Source: Thalassovita sp. (GTDB taxonomy: Bacteria; Pseudomonadota; Alphaproteobacteria; Rhodobacterales; Rhodobacteraceae). From it: 64,000 nucleotides of DNA. This document shows positions 20,011-29,060 of this stretch, piece after piece. The notes beneath the pieces were generated by a model. It was given only the letters and a program-made list of their open reading frames with translations. It did no database searches and was not told the origin of the DNA. Position 1 is the first letter of the stretch. Each line of letters starts with the position of its first letter. The position numbers and the translations under genes were made by a program. The DNA is taken from NCBI GenBank assembly GCA_050633445.1, contig JBOEGN010000002.1:17873-81872 (forward strand). The letters run 5' to 3'.

Positions 20011-20791
20011 AAAGGTCTCCCAATCTCAATTGTGGTGTGTCCGCGTAAGCTGTGGCAATTGCTGCCGAGTCGAAAATCTGCTGACCCCGGCCCATACAAT
20101 TGAGGCCGTGCTCAACGTCGAACTCGAATTTGGACAGCACTTTTCGCTGACGCTCGACCAGCTTCGCCATCCGCGGCAGGTCGAGGGAGCAAGCCCAGAT
20201 GCGTTCGACCTCGGGATATCTCTCTCTGTCTGACCACATTTCATAGGCCTTGCCCGATTTCCCGCCCGGTGTGGTGATCAGAATTGTCTTCGCGTTGTCT
20301 TGCGCGATGCTGAGGGTTGAGCCATAGATGGCATCGGGAATGAACGCGGTTTCATCGGACAAGAGCAGACCATTTTTGACGCCGTAGCCGCGGGCCTGCT
20401 CGCCGTCCTGACCAGCCGGGACACAGACCACCGACGAGCCGTTTTTCAGGGGCATCTCGGTCATGGTGCGTCGTTTGGTTTCAATCGGCAGCGCCACCTT
20501 TTCCCTTGCGTAGGCGATCTTGGCGAACAGCAGTTGAGACTGCGCCAGCGTCTTCGAAAGGATGTTCACTTGATGTTCAGGCTTGGATAATTTCTGGTCT
20601 GCCATAACGCCGATGGTTGTCGATTTTCCGATGCGCCGCGACGTCAACACCATGATGATGTCTGAGGTGGAATTCATCAGCTTGCGCTGCCAATCGTTGG
20701 GCGGGCCGCCAACAACCCGCTCAAGCAAGAGTTCGCTCTTTACCCGCTCGTGTAATGTGCGGAGGAAAAGGCCGAGATCATTCGACATCAA
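19994..20791 (-). CDS. Terminase large subunit, ATPase domain only
   Basis: DWQ adenine motif, SRRIGKST Walker A, LLSDETAF Walker B, ITTP coupling motif; 265 aa and no nuclease domain. Confidence 0.8.
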   Translation of the reverse strand: MMSNDLGLFLRTLHERVKSELLLERVVGGPPNDWQRKLMNSTSDIIMVLTSRRIGKSTTIGVMADQKLSKPEHQVNILSKTLAQSQLLFAKIAYAREKVALPIETKRRTMTEMPLKNGSSVVCVPAGQDGEQARGYGVKNGLLLSDETAFIPDAIYGSTLSIAQDNAKTILITTPGGKSGKAYEMWSDRERYPEVERIWACSLDLPRMAKLVERQRKVLSKFEFDVEHGLNCMGRGQQIFDSAAIATAYADTPQLRLGDLYAGLG

Positions 20792-21372
20792 GCGGAATCC
20801 GCCGGTCTTGGACCACTTGCCGGAAGGTCTCGAACGCCTCCGGGTGCGCTTGGAAAACCAACCAGAGAACGTCCATCAGCTTTTGCACGTCGGGATGCTC
20901 GTCCAGGCCAAGCACGATTGTCGTCTTTTCGCGAAGGTTCGAATAGACCTTGAGCAAGTTCTCGTAGCTCTTGTTCTGGTCCCGGAGCAATTGCATCATC
21001 GGGGCCGGCACGCCCATCAGGTTGTCGCCTTCGACCATATCGTTGAGGCTCCGGTAGAGACGCCGCTGCTCCTTGAGGATTCCCTCAATGCCGCCTTCGG
21101 TCTTGTGTTGGGCAGCGTTCACTTCCTGATCGAGTGATGCGGCATCCAGCTTGTTCGCCTCGACGAGAACGATCTTCTCGACCTCTGGCGTGATGAACCG
21201 CTTGCGGAACCGGGTCAGGCTTTCCAGATCGACGCAGCACTGTTGCACGATCTCCTTGAACTGGCGGCGGCGCAGCACGCAGTCAATGACCACCTCGACC
21301 ATATCAGAGCATGGACCGGCGGCCATTGCCTGTTTCCACCGGCAACGCCTCCTTGATAAGGTCATAGTTCAT
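20778..21372 (-). pseudogene. Frameshifted helical protein upstream of the TerL ATPase (small-terminase-like position)
   Basis: ATG 21372 (MNYDLIKEAL..., ATGA overlap with an upstream fragment) stops at ~21304; the frame carrying the body runs on to 20778 and overlaps the TerL start. Confidence 0.4.
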
Positions 21373-21631
21373 GCCGCAGCCCGCCGTGTCAGGGTGCGCC
21401 CCGCCAGTTCGGCCATGTGCGGTGCCATCCGGCCAATGACGCGGCGGGCGTCCAAGGCGTAGAAACGGTGCTGTGCCACGTCGCGGATGATGCCTGTTAG
21501 CGCCCTTGCCCTGCCACCAGCGAAACGCCTGTACTCGTGATCGGCAAAGTACCGATGCCGTCAATCGTTGGCTGCCGAGAAAAGGATCCAGAGACCAAGA
21601 CGATACAGCAGTGCGACAGATCCAAACCAAA

Positions 21632-23350
21632 TCAAGCACAGGCAATGGCGATATTTAATAACACTTGCCGACGTTCTGACGTGGCCACGGTGATTGCGCG
21701 TTCGAGGGCTGGGGGCAGGTCTGCTCCGTTGCAAATTGTTTCTGTATAGGCGCGGCTGGCGCGCGCCGTTTGGGTGAAATCGGGACTGGGACGTAACGAG
21801 GTCATTGGCGTTTCGTTTGCCTGACGCGCGCTGCCTGTGGGGTACATTCCATCGACCGAGGCACGTACAGCGCCCCATTCTTCGTTGTTCAACACCAGAA
21901 CAATGACCGGCAGAGCATGAGCTTCGGCAATGAAATGGCAGGCCGTCGGATTGGCAAACATATAACTGCCATCGCCCATCGTGGCAAAAACCAACCGCTC
22001 GGGATCTGCCAGTTGTGCGCCAAGCGCGGCGGGAAATCCCCAGCCCAGCCCGCCGGAATGTGGCTCTTGGAAATAGCTGTTGTGATCCTGCAACCCCAGC
22101 GGTTGCAGAGGGCAGCCGAGTTCATGAAACACAGTGGCTTTGCGGTTTTTAATGGCACGTCCGAGGCACAGAGCGACCCATTCCTTGGTCATAGGGTTGG
22201 CGCATCCGGTTTCGGCAATGCGTGAGGTTTCCTCTCTAACCTTCGAAGAGTAAACAGAAACACTCTCTCGACGGCTATCATTTTGGCTAGGCTCAGCAGA
22301 GATGTCAGAGACCTTCTTGATCAGCGCCAAAAGCGTTTGATCCGTTTCTCCACCCAAGGCGATATCAGCGCGAAAATTGCGGATGGGCGTGCGCGAAAAC
22401 AAAGGATCCGGTCCAAGTTGAATGATCGTCGCGTCTTTGTGTGGGCCAGTTTTGTCGGGGAACCACGGGGCAAGAGAGTTGATCACCAACACCACGTCTG
22501 CCTGGGTCAGCCAGGGATCGGGGTCGGCGCCAACCTGCATCGGATGGGCGATGGGAATGGCCAGTTGGTTGGACCAATAATGCGCCACGGGAATGGCGTG
22601 TTCGAGCGCGAAATCGCTGAGCGCGGCGAAGGCTTCGGCACTGCCCGCGCCGCGTTGGGCGATGATCAAAGGGGACTTCGCGCCTGCCAATGCCCGCGCG
22701 GCCTGATCCAGCGCGGTGGGCTCGACGGCGGCAATGACCGGCACCATGGACGAAGGGGTATCATTGCCCTCGGTCGGGCCGGGTTCGCACAGAACCTCGC
22801 GCGGCAAGCTTAGATACACGGGCCCCTTGGGCGTAGAATTCGCAATGGCCCAGGCACGATCCAAGACCTCGGCGATCTGTTCAGGAAACCGCAGTTCGTA
22901 GTCCCATTTGGTAGTTTCACGGACCAAGGCGGTCTGGTCGAACATCTCTTGGCCCCAGCCAATGGGAACGGTGCGCGCGCCAAACCGCCCCTGTTCAACG
23001 GTCGGCGTGCGCCCAGACATCATAATCATCGGAATCTGATCGCACCACGCGTTGATGGCCCCAGTGATCCCGTTGGACAGACCGACATTCGTGTGCAGCA
23101 TCACGGCCTGGGCCTGGCCCGAGATTTGATAATACCCGTGTGCCATCGACATGGCGGCGTGTTCATGCGGCGCAATAATGGGCTGCGGCAGGGCGTGGCC
23201 AGCGGCTTTGGCGGCGGCATACCCTTCGATAATGGGCGGAAAATCGGTGCCGGAGTTGGTAAACACATAGTCCACGCCCAGCGCTTTGAGCTTGCCGAAC
23301 ATTGCCGCGCCAGCTGACAACTGCGCGCCCTGTGATCCAGTCTGCGACAT
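21632..23350 (-). CDS. ThDP-dependent enzyme (acetolactate synthase / benzoylformate decarboxylase superfamily)
   Basis: GTDF, PHE (catalytic Glu) and GDGS...LNN ThDP motifs; ATG 23350 with GGAGG RBS. Confidence 0.9.
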   Translation of the reverse strand: MSQTGSQGAQLSAGAAMFGKLKALGVDYVFTNSGTDFPPIIEGYAAAKAAGHALPQPIIAPHEHAAMSMAHGYYQISGQAQAVMLHTNVGLSNGITGAINAWCDQIPMIMMSGRTPTVEQGRFGARTVPIGWGQEMFDQTALVRETTKWDYELRFPEQIAEVLDRAWAIANSTPKGPVYLSLPREVLCEPGPTEGNDTPSSMVPVIAAVEPTALDQAARALAGAKSPLIIAQRGAGSAEAFAALSDFALEHAIPVAHYWSNQLAIPIAHPMQVGADPDPWLTQADVVLVINSLAPWFPDKTGPHKDATIIQLGPDPLFSRTPIRNFRADIALGGETDQTLLALIKKVSDISAEPSQNDSRRESVSVYSSKVREETSRIAETGCANPMTKEWVALCLGRAIKNRKATVFHELGCPLQPLGLQDHNSYFQEPHSGGLGWGFPAALGAQLADPERLVFATMGDGSYMFANPTACHFIAEAHALPVIVLVLNNEEWGAVRASVDGMYPTGSARQANETPMTSLRPSPDFTQTARASRAYTETICNGADLPPALERAITVATSERRQVLLNIAIACA

Positions 23351-23488
23351 CTGCGAAACCTCCCTTGCTCCCAAGTCTCAGTTTAGGGGCAATTAGGGGA
23401 TGTATTGCAAGGAAATTCCTAAAGAAATCATAGGTGATAGGCGATTTTTGCCCTAAACTTAAATCCGAGGAAAATGGGGAGGAATACC

Positions 23489-24253
23489 ATGGATTTCGGA
23501 CTGCACGGTAAGGGGTGCGTGATCACTGGTGGGGCGGGCAGCATTGGCCAGGCCACGGCCGCGGAGCTGCTGAAATTAGGGGCGCGGGTGATGCTGGTCG
23601 ACCGCGATTCAGCGATGCTTGATCAGGCAGCCGCCAGCCTGTCGCATCTGGGTGAGGTGCAAACCTGCGTTGCGGATGTCTCGGACGCAGAGGATGTCGT
23701 TCGCTATGTTGCGCAATCGGTTAAGGCTTTTGACACGATTGACGTGCTATTCAGCAATGCGGGTAATTTTGGCACCGTCGCCTCGATCGAGGATTATCCC
23801 ACCGACATGTTTGATCAGGTGCTTGCGGTTCATGTACGCGGGGCGTTTTTGGCGGCGAAACATGCTGTGCCGCATATGGGGCAGGGCGGCAGCATCATCA
23901 TTACCTCCAGTGTGGCTGGGCTGCGTGGTGATCCTGGCGTCTATGGCTATATCACCGCGAAACATGCGCTGACCGGACTGATGCGGGTCCTGGCCAAGGA
24001 CCTAGCGCCGCGTGGTATTCGGGTGAACACGATCAATCCGGGGCCGGTTTCTAACGGGTTCCAGCAACGGGTCGAGGATGATCTGGGCGAAATCATTGGC
24101 CGAGATGGCACTGAATTCTTTGACGAAATTATCCCGATGGGGCGTCACGCCACCCCCAAGGAAGTGGCGCGTTCGGTGATCTACCTGGCCTCGGATCAAA
24201 GCAGTTTTACCACTGGAACGATCCTGTCCGTGGATGGCGGCATGAGCGGATAG
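23489..24253 (+). CDS. SDR family oxidoreductase
   Basis: TGGAGSIG, SNAG, YITAK and VDGG motifs. Confidence 0.93.
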   Translation: MDFGLHGKGCVITGGAGSIGQATAAELLKLGARVMLVDRDSAMLDQAAASLSHLGEVQTCVADVSDAEDVVRYVAQSVKAFDTIDVLFSNAGNFGTVASIEDYPTDMFDQVLAVHVRGAFLAAKHAVPHMGQGGSIIITSSVAGLRGDPGVYGYITAKHALTGLMRVLAKDLAPRGIRVNTINPGPVSNGFQQRVEDDLGEIIGRDGTEFFDEIIPMGRHATPKEVARSVIYLASDQSSFTTGTILSVDGGMSG

Positions 24254-24265
24254 CTCAACGCCCCC

Positions 24266-25006
24266 CTAGTGGGCCGCCAACCCCGCGCCGTCTTCGACCG
24301 CGTCGATGCCGAAATAGGCCTGATCCAGCAGTGCGGGGTCCTTGATCAGGTTCTCGGCCCGGCCGCTATACCGCACATGTCCTCCGCGCAGCACCAGTGC
24401 CTCTTCCGAGACACTCAGCGCCAGATCGGTGAATTGCTCGATCAGCAAAATGCCGACGCCGCGGGTTTTCAGATCAGTGACAAAGCCCATCAGACGTTTC
24501 ACCACCAAAGGCGCCAGGCCCAAGGACATTTCATCGACCAACAGGAACCGGGGCCGACACATCATCGCATGTCCCAGCGCCAGCATTTGTTGCTGCCCGC
24601 CAGACATCGTGCCTGCGATCTGTTTTTTGCGCTCGGCCAGCTCGGGGAAAAAGGTGTAGGTATCGGCAAGCGTTTCCTCCAGCCCGTCCGCCAACAGCGA
24701 TCCGGCGGCGCGCAGATTGTCATCCACGCTTAGCTTGGTCAGCACCCGGTGGCCCTCGGGGACGGCGGCGATCCCGGCCGCGCGGATCACGTCAGGGCCT
24801 TTGCCCGTCAGATCCGCGCCATCCAGCGTCATCTGCCCCCCCGAGATCTGCATCATCCCGGTCATGGCCAGGACCAGCTCGGATTTTCCGGCGCCATTCG
24901 CGCCCAGAACAGCGGTGACACTGCCCGGCGCCAGATGCAGATCAATCCGATCCACCAAGGTGCGCCCATCCTGCATAACGCTGAGTTTGTTCAGTTCCAA
25001 AGCCAT
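24266..25006 (-). CDS. HAAT-family ABC transporter ATP-binding protein (LivF-like)
   Basis: GANGAGKS, MSGGQQQML and DEMSLGLAP motifs. Confidence 0.93.
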   Translation of the reverse strand: MALELNKLSVMQDGRTLVDRIDLHLAPGSVTAVLGANGAGKSELVLAMTGMMQISGGQMTLDGADLTGKGPDVIRAAGIAAVPEGHRVLTKLSVDDNLRAAGSLLADGLEETLADTYTFFPELAERKKQIAGTMSGGQQQMLALGHAMMCRPRFLLVDEMSLGLAPLVVKRLMGFVTDLKTRGVGILLIEQFTDLALSVSEEALVLRGGHVRYSGRAENLIKDPALLDQAYFGIDAVEDGAGLAAH

Positions 25007-25009
25007 GGA

Positions 25010-25720
25010 TTATACCTCTTCCGTGCCAAGATAGGCCGCTTTGACCTTGGGATCGGCCAGCACGTCCGGCGTGGGGCCAAAGGCGATTTTCTTGCCAAAA
25101 TCCAACACCAGAGTGTCCGTGCAAATGCGCGAGATCAGCTCGACATCGTGGTCGATCACCAGCACCTGCGCGCCGGTTTCCTTGGGCACGGCCATGATCA
25201 GGTCGCCCAGTTGACGGGTTTCCTCGATCGAGAGCCCGCCAGCGGGTTCGTCGAACATCACCAGTTTCGGGCTGCCGACCAGGCATTTGGCCATGTCGGT
25301 CAGACGCCGTTCAAAACTGTTCAGCGTCCGGCCCATGCGGTCGGATTTACCCTCCATGCCAACCAGGGCCAACATCCGACGCACCTCGTCACGTTTGGGC
25401 CCCGAGGCCCCGGCATGGTCGATCTGCACCAGCACGTTGTCAAAAACGCTGAGGTCATTGGCGATCTCTTCCTTCTGGAACGAACGCCGCAGACCCCAAT
25501 GCGCTCGGCGATACGGGGGCAGGAACAGCAGGTTCTTGCCATCCATCTCGATCCGCCCGCTATGCACCTGCACAAAGCCCGACACTACGTTCATTAGCGT
25601 CGTTTTCCCGGCGCCATTGGGGCCGATGATGCCATTGACCGGCGCGGTGAACTGGGCCGAGACCTGATCCAGCGCGATGACTCCGCCGAAATGAACGCTG
25701 ACACTATCTACGTTGATCAT
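25010..25720 (-). CDS. HAAT-family ABC transporter ATP-binding protein (LivG-like)
   Basis: GPNGAGKTT, DEPAGGL and V.AAYLG motifs. Confidence 0.93.
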   Translation of the reverse strand: MINVDSVSVHFGGVIALDQVSAQFTAPVNGIIGPNGAGKTTLMNVVSGFVQVHSGRIEMDGKNLLFLPPYRRAHWGLRRSFQKEEIANDLSVFDNVLVQIDHAGASGPKRDEVRRMLALVGMEGKSDRMGRTLNSFERRLTDMAKCLVGSPKLVMFDEPAGGLSIEETRQLGDLIMAVPKETGAQVLVIDHDVELISRICTDTLVLDFGKKIAFGPTPDVLADPKVKAAYLGTEEV

Positions 25721-26712
25721 TGCTTGGCCTCCTTCTTGGGGCTCAACCGGGCCTGGATGGTGTCGATCAGCTGACCGGCCAACCCGTTGGGGGCCGTGAT
25801 AATCGCATGCAGCAGACCCGCGCCGAAGATGACAAAGCTTAGATCCGCGTCCACGCCCCAGTTGTTCAGCAGGGCAGGCAGGATGCGAAACAGCGTGGCC
25901 GCGATCAGGGCACCCAGCCAGTACCGAGCACCGCCAACGATCGCCAAGGCAAAGACCATGACGCTTTCGCTGGCTTTGAAGGTCGCGTCGTCCAGCAAGC
26001 CCAGAGACCCGGCCAAAAGCCCGCCCGCGACACCGGCAAGCAGACCCGCAATGCCGAACGCCCAGGTTTTATACAGGGTGACATTGACGCCTGCGGACAT
26101 GGCGGCGGCCTCGGACCGGCGGATCAGCGCCCAGGCCCGTCCCGGAGCCAGACGGCGATGCGCCTCGATGAACAGAAATCCCAGCAGGACGACCACAACG
26201 GTATAGCGGAAATAGGCCTCGGGGGATTGAGCCAGCCACGGGCGGCGGAACGCATCGGCCGAGCCGGTTTTCACGCCCCAGAACCCCTCGCCGCCATTGG
26301 GGAACTGATAGGTGGCAAACAGGATCTCCAGCCCTCCGGCGGCCATGAGGGTGACCAGCGCCAGGTACAGCCCGCGCATTCGCAGGGCGGGCAGGGCCAG
26401 CAGCCATCCAAAGCCCATGGTGACCAGACCGGACAGGATTAGGTTCACCTCGAAGGGCAGGTCATAGGCGTGGTTCAGGCGCAGCATGACCCAGCCGCCG
26501 ACCCCCATCAGGCCGACTTGTGTCAGGCTGACCATGCCAAGGCGCGCATACATGAAGGCAACGCCGCCAATGGCCAGCATGAAACAGCCGGTCGAGATGA
26601 ACACGCTGAGCCACAGGTTTCCGGCCACAAGGGGCAGAATGACGATGGCGAAGGCAGCGAAGATCAGGCCGCTCCAGCCCGACGGGGTGATTTGGAACAA
26701 ACGCTTATCCAT
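25717..26712 (-). CDS. HAAT-family ABC permease (LivM-like)
   Basis: ALRMRGLYLALVTL and AAMSAGVNV motifs. Confidence 0.92.
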   Translation of the reverse strand: MDKRLFQITPSGWSGLIFAAFAIVILPLVAGNLWLSVFISTGCFMLAIGGVAFMYARLGMVSLTQVGLMGVGGWVMLRLNHAYDLPFEVNLILSGLVTMGFGWLLALPALRMRGLYLALVTLMAAGGLEILFATYQFPNGGEGFWGVKTGSADAFRRPWLAQSPEAYFRYTVVVVLLGFLFIEAHRRLAPGRAWALIRRSEAAAMSAGVNVTLYKTWAFGIAGLLAGVAGGLLAGSLGLLDDATFKASESVMVFALAIVGGARYWLGALIAATLFRILPALLNNWGVDADLSFVIFGAGLLHAIITAPNGLAGQLIDTIQARLSPKKEAKQ

Positions 26713-26713
26713 G

Positions 26714-27670
26714 TCAGTCCCTCCCGCCGAATGTCAGGCGCGATCCGCGCTGCGACCACAGCAGCACCAGCGCCGCGATGACAAACGGTGCGATGGGCCG
26801 CACACCTTTCAGGGTCGAGGACAGCGTCAGCATATTCTCGATCACGCCCATCGACAGGCCTCCGATCAGGACCAGCGCCAGATTGTCCAACCGTCCGCAA
26901 ATCGCAGCGGCGATGGAGGGGATGACCATGAAGGTGATCACCGTGGGTTCCAACCGGATCAGGTCGGCAAACATTAACCCGGAAAACCCCGCAAGCACGC
27001 CCGAGATGCCCCATGCGATGGTCTCGACCTTCAGGATCGGGATGCCGATTAGCGCCGACAGGTCCCGGTCATTGGCCAGGCTGCGCATTTGCAGGCCCAC
27101 CTTGGTGCGGCTGAGAAACAGATAGATGCCGATCACGATCAGGATGGACGCGGCAAAGACGATCAGGCGGGTCGCGGTCACACGCAGGCCCAGGAAGCGG
27201 ATGCCGATCTTGTCGGTCGGCAAGGAAATCGAGCGTGGATCGTCGACCCACAGAAAGCTGACAAGGCCAAGGATGATCAGGGCAAAGCCCAGCGTTGCGA
27301 CGGCCTTGACCACCGGTTCGCGCCAGGCCAGATGCGGCGCGATCATGCGGCCGTAAAACAGGGTGATGGCCAGCGCCATCAGGATGCATCCGCTCCAGGC
27401 GACGGGGCCCCAGACGCCCCATTCGACCAGCTGCCAGGCGGTCATGGCGCCCGCCGCGCCCGCAGCCCCGCCCGAGAAATTCAGAACGCCCGTGGCCCGG
27501 AACAGCACGACCATGCCGATCCCGCCCAGCGCATAAAGCGAGCCGGTTGCAAGGCCCGAAGCCAGAAACAAGCCCTGTATTTTCATGGGTTTACCCCAGC
27601 CGAGCCATGTCAGAATGACGGCCATCAGCACCAGGTAAAGCCCCCAGTTGAGGAGAGTGGTTTTATTCAT
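26714..27670 (-). CDS. HAAT-family ABC permease (LivH-like)
   Basis: GSLYAL, TGVLNF and RTKVGLQMRS motifs. Confidence 0.92.
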   Translation of the reverse strand: MNKTTLLNWGLYLVLMAVILTWLGWGKPMKIQGLFLASGLATGSLYALGGIGMVVLFRATGVLNFSGGAAGAAGAMTAWQLVEWGVWGPVAWSGCILMALAITLFYGRMIAPHLAWREPVVKAVATLGFALIILGLVSFLWVDDPRSISLPTDKIGIRFLGLRVTATRLIVFAASILIVIGIYLFLSRTKVGLQMRSLANDRDLSALIGIPILKVETIAWGISGVLAGFSGLMFADLIRLEPTVITFMVIPSIAAAICGRLDNLALVLIGGLSMGVIENMLTLSSTLKGVRPIAPFVIAALVLLWSQRGSRLTFGGRD

Positions 27671-27739
27671 TGGGTCCCGCCCGAAAGTTGGGTGCAGCAA
27701 GGCGCTTGGCCCTGCTGCACCTGATAGGCTTAGCTAGGC

Positions 27740-28993
27740 TCAGCGCAGGCCAAGCTCTTTTTCCAGGGCGATGTGAGGCTCGAAATAAGCGCTGTCATAT
27801 TCATAGCAGTCGCGCACTATTTCATAGCCTCCCTTGACGACCTTCACCATATAACCCGCGTGGTTGGGCATGTGGTAATCGGCGTCACCCACGTAGTAGG
27901 GGCCGCACATCAGGTCAGATTCCAGACCCTTGATGGCGCGGATCGCGTCGCCGACTTTGGCGCGGTCACCCACGTCTGCGGGGTCCATTGCCAGCATGGT
28001 CTCGGTAAAGAACTTAGCCGAAAGATAGCCCGCCTGCGCAAAGGTATCGCGCGGGTCTTCGTCGCGGGCATAGCCATCCATCACCTGAATCCAGTTCTGC
28101 GCGTCCGGGCCGTTTACCTGGAACGGGGCCAGCTCGGCATTCACATAGACATGGCCGTGCCAGTAGTCACTCAGCTGATCGGGGATCGACAGATCATACA
28201 GCGGAGTCGGCGCGATCCAGTTGAACGCATCGCGCAGATCCTGTTCCTCGGCGGCTTTCAGGATCGCCAGGGCCAGACCGGCGGGCTGGTTGATCAGGAT
28301 GGTGTCTGCCCCCGAGGAAATCGCCTCGAGCAGGGCCGAGTTCACGTCTGGCGCACCGGGGTTCAGCAGGGCCATGCTGCCGTCGCCGCCATTGTCCTTC
28401 ATATAGTTGATCGAGGCTTCGCAGGACCAGATGCCGTTGTTGGGGATGTTCAGCCCGATGCAGGCGATATTGGTCGCGCCCAGCTCTTCGCGGGCATATT
28501 GCACTGCGCCCAGGTTCGAGGGCAGGGGGCCTTGGTTGGTGGACACGATATTGGCGGTCTCGAAACACTCGGAAATCGCACAGCCCGAGGCCATGACCAT
28601 GATATCCGCGTCCACATAGGTGCCGGCATTCACGGCCATCTCGATGAATGAGCCGTTGCCGACCAGCGCCACCGATTTGGTGTCATTCACCAGTTTCGCC
28701 GCCGCCTGAGCCGCCAGCTCGGGGTTCCACTGATCGTTTTCCACACGGTAATCCACGGGGCGGCCATGGATGCCACCATTGGCGTTCACACATTTGAAAT
28801 ACGCCGCCGCCGCGTCGGTCGCAGCCGAGAAATCGCCGGGTGCGGCGTTGCCATGGATGCCGCCGACGATGATCGGATCACCGCTGGCTGCTTGGCCGGT
28901 ATTCGCGCCGCACATCGGTGCCGCCATGGCCGGGGCGGCAAAGCCCATGCCCATCACGCTGGCCAGTGCCAGAAGTTTGCGTTTGTTTGTCAT
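27740..28993 (-). CDS. HAAT-family ABC substrate-binding protein
   Basis: Signal peptide and VNANGGIHGRPV motif; heads the transporter genes. Confidence 0.9.
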   Translation of the reverse strand: MTNKRKLLALASVMGMGFAAPAMAAPMCGANTGQAASGDPIIVGGIHGNAAPGDFSAATDAAAAYFKCVNANGGIHGRPVDYRVENDQWNPELAAQAAAKLVNDTKSVALVGNGSFIEMAVNAGTYVDADIMVMASGCAISECFETANIVSTNQGPLPSNLGAVQYAREELGATNIACIGLNIPNNGIWSCEASINYMKDNGGDGSMALLNPGAPDVNSALLEAISSGADTILINQPAGLALAILKAAEEQDLRDAFNWIAPTPLYDLSIPDQLSDYWHGHVYVNAELAPFQVNGPDAQNWIQVMDGYARDEDPRDTFAQAGYLSAKFFTETMLAMDPADVGDRAKVGDAIRAIKGLESDLMCGPYYVGDADYHMPNHAGYMVKVVKGGYEIVRDCYEYDSAYFEPHIALEKELGLR

Positions 28994-29060
28994 AATTTCC
29001 TCCCTGGAAAGTCAAAGTCGAAGCAGTCGGGCCCTTTTGGGCCTCTGGTTGGGTGTCGGA

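Noticed and set aside
18251-21630. Intact prophage or gene transfer agent
   Set aside because: No integrase, portal, capsid or tail genes; only fragments remain.
23407-23435. Third copy of the CCAAAG-N5-CCAAAG operator (GCAAGGAAATTCCTAAAGAAATC)
   Set aside because: Too degenerate and the spacing is off by one; not supportable without a PWM.
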